A stretch of DNA of 62,653 nt, counting the filler, from Stramenopiles sp. TOSAG23-2 (taxonomy: Eukaryota): the NCBI GenBank assembly GCA_900128395.1. It is 8 parts of 8 records of this genome, joined end to end, with 100 filler letters (N's around TTAATTAATTAA, not from the genome) between each part and the next. Parts side by side here need not be neighbours in the genome. Positions count along the whole stretch, not along the records: positions 46,427 to 57,916 come from LT649928.1; positions 58,017 to 59,495 come from LT652819.1; positions 59,596 to 61,074 come from LT652820.1; positions 61,175 to 62,653 come from LT652821.1; 4 more parts are not named here. One strand, 5' to 3'. The notes beneath the pieces are model-generated. The model searched no databases and was not told where the DNA came from. It saw nothing but the letters and a program-made list of their open reading frames with translations. Below, one piece after another: positions 57,346 to 62,653 of this stretch. Every line of letters begins with the position of its first letter. Position 1 is the first letter of the stretch. A program made the position numbers and the translations under genes.

Positions 57346-57916
57346 GGACATTATAATGTACGATTCGTATGGTATGATATGACAAAAAGAGAGAGATGGT
57401 GGTGTGATAATTCCCATTTAAGCTTTAAACAGGACTTGCTGAAAATATAAGAGGTAATAAAATAAATTAATGTAAAATTTAATATAAATAATTAAAATGT
57501 AAAATAATTTAACCCCATCATAAATAAATCCTTGCAAATGAGAAGGATTATTAGTGGATTTCAAAATGGTACTTAATTTAAGTACTAATTTAGTATACTA
57601 ATTTATGTATATTTGATAGTGAGGTATTGGATATTACCAAAAATCGGATATTCTTAGTTTATTCAAATACAATGTTTTTATGAAATTTTTTAACACAAGC
57701 ACACAACGCAAATTTTTACTGGTGTGTAAATTATTACATGCTTGAGTCAGCTGACTTTACCTGGTACAGATGTTTGTGCCCTCCGTGGGACAACGCTGTT
57801 GACGCCGCTCTTTTTTTTTTTTTTTTTTCATCACAATAAAAAATTTCCCCCCCTGTTTTATAAGTATTATATTAGTATACTATATTTGTAAGGGTTGATA
57901 GGGAAATGTGAATGAA

Positions 57917-58016
57917 NNNNNNNNNNNNNNNNNNNNNNNNNNNNNNNNNNNNNNNNNNNNTTAATTAATTAANNNNNNNNNNNNNNNNNNNNNNNNNNNN
58001 NNNNNNNNNNNNNNNN
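57917..58016. other. Artificial contig linker
   Basis: N44-TTAATTAATTAA-N44. Confidence 0.98.
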
Positions 58017-58852
58017 ACATATGACACTTGAGCATCAATCTGAAATTGAAAAGCTTAAAGATCAACATGAACAAAAATCGAAAGACATAAAAACTAATTA
58101 TGAAAATAAATTAAAAGAACAAAGAAAAGAACTGCTGAAGAAACAAGTAGGAACAGGATCAAATGTAAATAATAATAACGTGGATGAAATAAATAAAAAA
58201 GTCCAAGCAGCTGTACAAAAAGTGCGAGGTGAATATGAACAAAAATTAAATAAACAACGGGACGAAATATTAGCAAATAGTAATCTAAACGAAGACGAGA
58301 AAACTAGGATAATTAAAATAAGCAATTTGAAAAGAGAAAATGAGAATCTTGCTCGAGAAAAAAAAGAAGCTTTACAAAAAGTTGAAACATCTGTCAAAAA
58401 AGTCCGAGAGGAGTTTGAGCATAAATTGCATAAACAGCGTGAAGAGCTATTAGAAGCAAGTAATATGAGTGCAGATGATAAAAAAATGATGATACAAATT
58501 GGTGATTTAAAGTCTGAAAACGAGAAATTATCTATTGAAAAAGAAGAAGCATTAGAAAAAGTTGAGCGATCAGTTAAAAAAGTCCGAGAGGAGTTTGAGC
58601 ATAAATTGCATAAACAGCGTGAAGAGCTATTAGAAGCAAGTAATATGAGTGCAGATGATAAAAAAATGATGATACAAATTGGTGATTTAAAGTCTGAAAA
58701 CGAGAAATTATCTATTGAAAAAGAAGAAGCATTAGAAAAAGTTGAGCGATCAGTTAAAAAAGTCCGAGAGGAGTTTGAGCATAAATTGCATAAACAGCGT
58801 GAAGAGCTATTAGAAGCAAGTAATATGAGTGCAGATGATAAAAAAATGATGA
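58017..58852 (+). CDS. Internal fragment of a coiled-coil protein with 60-aa repeats
   Basis: Frame is open from the contig start; heptad E/K/L-rich; coding character is lost at about 58853. Confidence 0.7.
58396..58852 (+). repeat. 180-bp tandem repeat, about 2.5 identical copies
   Basis: AAAAAAGTCCGAGAGGAGTTTGAGC.. recurs at 58396, 58576 and 58756. Confidence 0.95.
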
Positions 58853-59495
58853 AAGAAGATCTTCATTTTTATCTTCTAACACTCGTATTTCACGCGTTAA
58901 AGCTATATTTTCATCTTTTAAACTTCTGTGATCACGGTCATTAGATTCTTTTTCCTTTACAATTGAATCTCGTAAACTTTTTATATAATCTTCAAAATTT
59001 CCTTTTTCTTCCTCGTAGCTTTCAATCGTAGTCTTATATTTTCTGAGCTGTATCTCTAATTCATCAATCTTGGAACGACATTTTCTATTATCAACCTCCA
59101 GACCTCTTCGGAGATTTTCCATTTTGTTTGCCTTTTCTTCATATGAATCAATTTTTTTCGTATGTTCTTTCCTAAGTTTGGACATACGGGTATTGTGGGC
59201 ATCCAACTCAACGGATAGAGTCTCATTCAGATCTTCCAACTCAGCTCGACAATCTTTCAATTCCGCTTGTTTCTTCAGCAATGCCATATCTAATTTGTGC
59301 TTTGCATTGTTGTATAATTTCTGTAAATCTTCCAATGTCGTAGCATGGAAGTCACCGTCTTTCGTTTTGCTATCATCGTTACTGCTGGGTAGCATGTTCA
59401 CGTTTCGCATCTTAAAATTCCTTATCTTTTTGGTTTTAGCAATTGGAGAAGCGACAGTCATGGAATTTGCGTCATAATCTAGTTTGCCTTTACTA
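58853..59495 (-). CDS. Internal fragment of a coiled-coil protein (inverted relative to the neighbouring fragment)
   Basis: Frame is open from the contig end; LEDLQKLY..ELEDLNETL..LEDKNEDL heptads. Confidence 0.65.
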
Positions 59496-59595
59496 NNNNN
59501 NNNNNNNNNNNNNNNNNNNNNNNNNNNNNNNNNNNNNNNTTAATTAATTAANNNNNNNNNNNNNNNNNNNNNNNNNNNNNNNNNNNNNNNNNNNN
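59496..59595. other. Artificial contig linker
   Basis: N44-TTAATTAATTAA-N44. Confidence 0.98.
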
Positions 59596-59819
59596 ATCAA
59601 TGATTGATTGAACTAGGTAAACTTGCAACATCTATGAATACAAAATGTTTGTACTTGTTGAAAAGAAATTCGGAATGTATATGGTATTACATAGTAATAC
59701 ATGGTATTTATTAATATTTAATACTATCAAATTTCCACTTTTCCATCATCGATGTACATGCACATATCATCTCACACCTAGCTGAAGATGATAATGATGA
59801 TATTGATTTTGGCGATGAA

Positions 59820-60344
59820 ATGGAAATAGTTGAAACAATAAGTTTATTAGATGAAGAGGATGAACATAATACTATTGATATGGAAACATGGGTGTTAGAA
59901 TGTATTCTTATTGATTCTAACTTGGTAAAACCAGAAGGAGGTAGTGGTGGGAGGAATGATATTGTTGTGAAGGAGGAAGTTGCGGGGGATGAAGAAGATG
60001 ATTGTGATGCCAAGGAGCCGGCTGCACAATTTATCGATGATTGTACAATATTTTTAGGCTTAACGTCTGGTTGCATGCCCCAATGTCTATCATTGTCCGG
60101 TTTATATGATGAAGCATCTCGTCCTGGGGGAGAGAATGGAAATATCTGGGAAAGAACCAGCCAAAGATGGGATTACGAGAGAAATATACCTATACCAGAT
60201 GTGAAAGCAGATCCATCAGCCCGTACGATTGCATATAGCATGACAGTCAAAGACTGCAAAAAATGTGTCTTGTATGATAACTGTGTACCTGAGTGCTTGT
60301 ATGATGGTTCGTGTGAGGCAGATGACAGTATTCCAATTGGTTAG
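59820..60344 (+). CDS. Hypothetical acidic, Cys-containing protein (probably the 3' part of a gene)
   Basis: 174-aa ORF in a GC-richer tract; CKKC..NCVPECLYDGSC. Confidence 0.45.
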   Translation: MEIVETISLLDEEDEHNTIDMETWVLECILIDSNLVKPEGGSGGRNDIVVKEEVAGDEEDDCDAKEPAAQFIDDCTIFLGLTSGCMPQCLSLSGLYDEASRPGGENGNIWERTSQRWDYERNIPIPDVKADPSARTIAYSMTVKDCKKCVLYDNCVPECLYDGSCEADDSIPIG

Positions 60345-60739
60345 GGAAATAAAAAATTAATTTACGCATGCATTTAATAGTTAATATTTTTAATATTTTA
60401 TATATATATATATATGAAGATTTAAACAATGTGATTTACAACTTTATGAAGGAGTAGCTCTTTCGTCTAACTCTGAATCACAGACAGAGGAACAATCTTT
60501 TGAATACTAAATAATTTTTACTAAACTTTATAAATCATTTTTGATTTGAGATGTTAATGAACGGGAGTAAAAGAAATTTATACGAAGAGTATATAATATA
60601 TATGAGTAAGAGAACATTTTATATATATATATATATGAAGATTTACTTAAGTATAGATAGGAATAAAAAATTAAAATACGCGTGCATTTAATAATTTTAA
60701 TTATATTATAATACGGTATATTCGTATATATATTATACC

Positions 60740-60940
60740 AGCGCGTTCAACGAGTGCGCACGGAAGGATAGAAACCTACTTGTGCTTGTAGAGTACGATC
60801 GTATTAGTTTGCAGAGGGTGCATTAGAGCTCTTACTCATATACGTAGTAGGATAGCATATTATTCTTGCGATTGAGTATTGAGCATATTACTTAACACAA
60901 GAAGTGTAAAATTAATTATAACTTAGATTTTTTAACCACA
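60740..60940 (+). repeat. Dispersed repeat family A, most complete copy (about 200 bp)
   Basis: Contains both the 5' part seen at 46247 and the 3' part seen at 11614, 34829 and 35170; flanked by (TA)n-rich DNA. Confidence 0.9.
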
Positions 60941-61074
60941 TCATTTATATTACGTATATATATATTTGAAGATTTACTACTACTACTACCACCACCACCA
61001 CACACACTCCTCTCTCTCTCTCTCTCTCTACAAATGAAATTTTTGCGTCACGCCATTTAATCGATCACATGCAG

Positions 61075-61174
61075 NNNNNNNNNNNNNNNNNNNNNNNNNN
61101 NNNNNNNNNNNNNNNNNNTTAATTAATTAANNNNNNNNNNNNNNNNNNNNNNNNNNNNNNNNNNNNNNNNNNNN
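61075..61174. other. Artificial contig linker
   Basis: N44-TTAATTAATTAA-N44. Confidence 0.98.
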
Positions 61175-62653
61175 TAATATATCAAAACGACATGGATTTT
61201 TAATACCATCGACTTTCAATACCAATGCAATGGCTCCTTCTAACGTCATCGGCACAATTGGAAATCCATTCACAGCTTGTATCAGTACGGGTGTTGATAA
61301 TTCTGGACGATGGGAAATGCTTAACAATTCCACACCAACGACTTTATTATTATATAACAATTCCTTTAAATCGCATCCAAATTTACCAGTATCAGCTTGT
61401 CGTTTGATTAAATAAACGGATGATCGTAGTTCTAAATCTATACGACCGTACGTACGAGCAGAGGTAGGTGTGAAGTCGAAGACGTATGCAAAACAACACG
61501 ATTGATTCATGGACGACACGAGAAATATAATATAATATATATATAGATAGATAAATGTTAGTAATGTACGATCTGAACCTTCTGCCTGAGGTTGGCGGAG
61601 TGAATAACCTGCCTAAGGTTGGTAGTAATGCATATATATGTTACAGAAATTAAGTCGGTCCCGACGATGCACCATTAAGTTATATATATATATAATGTGT
61701 GTGGTTACTTACCGTCGCACAAAACTTTATTCTTCCGCTCATCTACTAAAAAATGCTCTAATTCTGCAAATTGTAGCGGAGAATTATTATTAGCCAATGC
61801 TTCGGAGGACATTTGTTGTGCTAATGCTAGATTGGTATTTAATTGTTGTTGTTGTTGTTGTTCCCAAATTGCAGAACCTCGATCTACATCACCACTTTTT
61901 GTAGTATTGTAGTTGTTACTACTACCACTACCACCACCACCACCAGTTGTTGTTGTTGTTGTTGTTGTATCTATTCCTCCTCCACCTGGTGCAATTTCAT
62001 TCCAACAGGATGGATGCCATACCTTTGCTTTACCATCTTCTGAGACGGTTATTAAACATCCAGTGGCAACATCAAAATCCATACCATTTATTGCTTTTCG
62101 ATGACCTTTTAATACAGCAACGGTTTCCCCGGTAGAGATGCTGCTAAATCGAATTTCATTTTGTGCACCCGTATCAGTAGCTACAATGTATTTATTATGT
62201 ATATCCACTTTCATTTCCGCAATTGCACCACGTTGTCCACGAAGTGTATATAACAACCGACCAGTATCAACGGACCAGCATTTGATCAAACCATCATCTG
62301 CACCTGTTAATACATATTTTCCACTACGATCTAAACAGCAATTATAAACCGGTTCACATAAATGCCCATTTAAAATTTTCAAGCAATTAAATCGATTTTT
62401 AAAATAAAAAGATGTATCTGACAATACGATCAAAGGTGGCAAATACGACCGACAATACGATCAAAGGTGGCAAATACGACCGACAATACGATCAAAGGTA
62501 GGTGGAGTTGAAGACGTATGTTAGTAATGCACATATATCAAATAATAGAATAAATCATGCGTATACATATATATGAGAAGAAGACATAAAGAGTATATAT
62601 ACATACCTTTATCTTTGTTGCGGCGTGAATCGATTGGATTTGGACGTGTCTTG
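61175..62653 (-). CDS. Partial BRWD/PHIP-like WD40 protein with a PDZ-like segment; exons 62653-62607, 62417-61713, 61437-61175
   Basis: LNGHL..VY..LDRSGKYVLTGADDGLIKCWSVDTGRLLYTLRGQ (BRWD-type first WD40); splicing gives RRNKDK|DTSFYF and KVLCD|DLELRSS in frame; last exon has GKFGCDL..IQAVNG..MTLEGAIALV. Confidence 0.75.
61438..61712 (-). other. Spliceosomal intron (phase 1, 275 nt)
   Basis: Minus strand: GTAAGT donor at 61712, TACTAAC at 61563-57, first AG at 61439-38; joins the ORFs in frame. Confidence 0.8.
62418..62606 (-). other. Spliceosomal intron (phase 1, 189 nt) containing a 31-bp tandem repeat
   Basis: Minus strand: GTATGT donor at 62606, TACTAAC at 62526-20, first AG at 62419-18; on the + strand ACAATACGATCAAAGGTGGCAAATACGACCG occurs about 2.5 times. 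Confidence 0.8.

Noticed and set aside
57753-57830. U1 snRNA (ACTTTACCTGG resembles the U1 5' end)
   Set aside because: There are no U1 stem-loop I/II loop sequences or Sm site downstream.
58853-58944. Hydrophobic C-terminal tail (possible TM anchor) of the 307-aa coiled-coil ORF
   Set aside because: It is the antisense reading of the inverted fragment beyond the chimeric junction.
135-62347. Numerous 60-200 aa antisense or overlapping ORFs in the ORF track (poly-L, poly-Y, poly-I)
   Set aside because: They are shadows of real genes and of AAT/AGT/TGT microsatellites, with no domain signal.

Overview
This is AT-rich, gene-dense, intron-poor eukaryotic DNA using the standard genetic code. 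It is probably from an uncultured protist; a stramenopile-type single-cell or metagenome assembly is an inference, not shown. The window is not one locus. It is 8 unrelated contigs (five of about 11.5 kb, three of 1479 bp) joined by artificial 100-nt N44-TTAATTAATTAA-N44 linkers, so adjacency across linkers is meaningless. It holds about 27 protein-coding genes or fragments, including PGK, ENY2/Sus1, a DHX57-like helicase, a GH27 alpha-galactosidase, an SLC10 symporter, an LtrA-like protein and a LigB-like protein. The most notable items are: (1) a Rid-family imine deaminase fused to a SelA/DgaE-like PLP lyase; (2) an ankyrin-kinase-TIR-TIR protein with an intact TIR catalytic Glu, next to an F-box-like gene carrying the same ankyrin cassette; (3) a gustatory-receptor-like (7TMIC/DUF3537-like) protein; (4) an unannotated, probably intron-hosted H/ACA snoRNA whose pocket fits the SSU rRNA site equivalent to human Psi406; (5) two introns of one WD40 gene that share about 50 nt of sequence (introner-like), with strict GTAWGT/TACTAAC signals; (6) a dispersed repeat family of about 200 bp at contig ends; (7) receptor-type RING-H2 and UEV-PP2C-WW architectures. 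At least one fold-back chimeric junction is visible.
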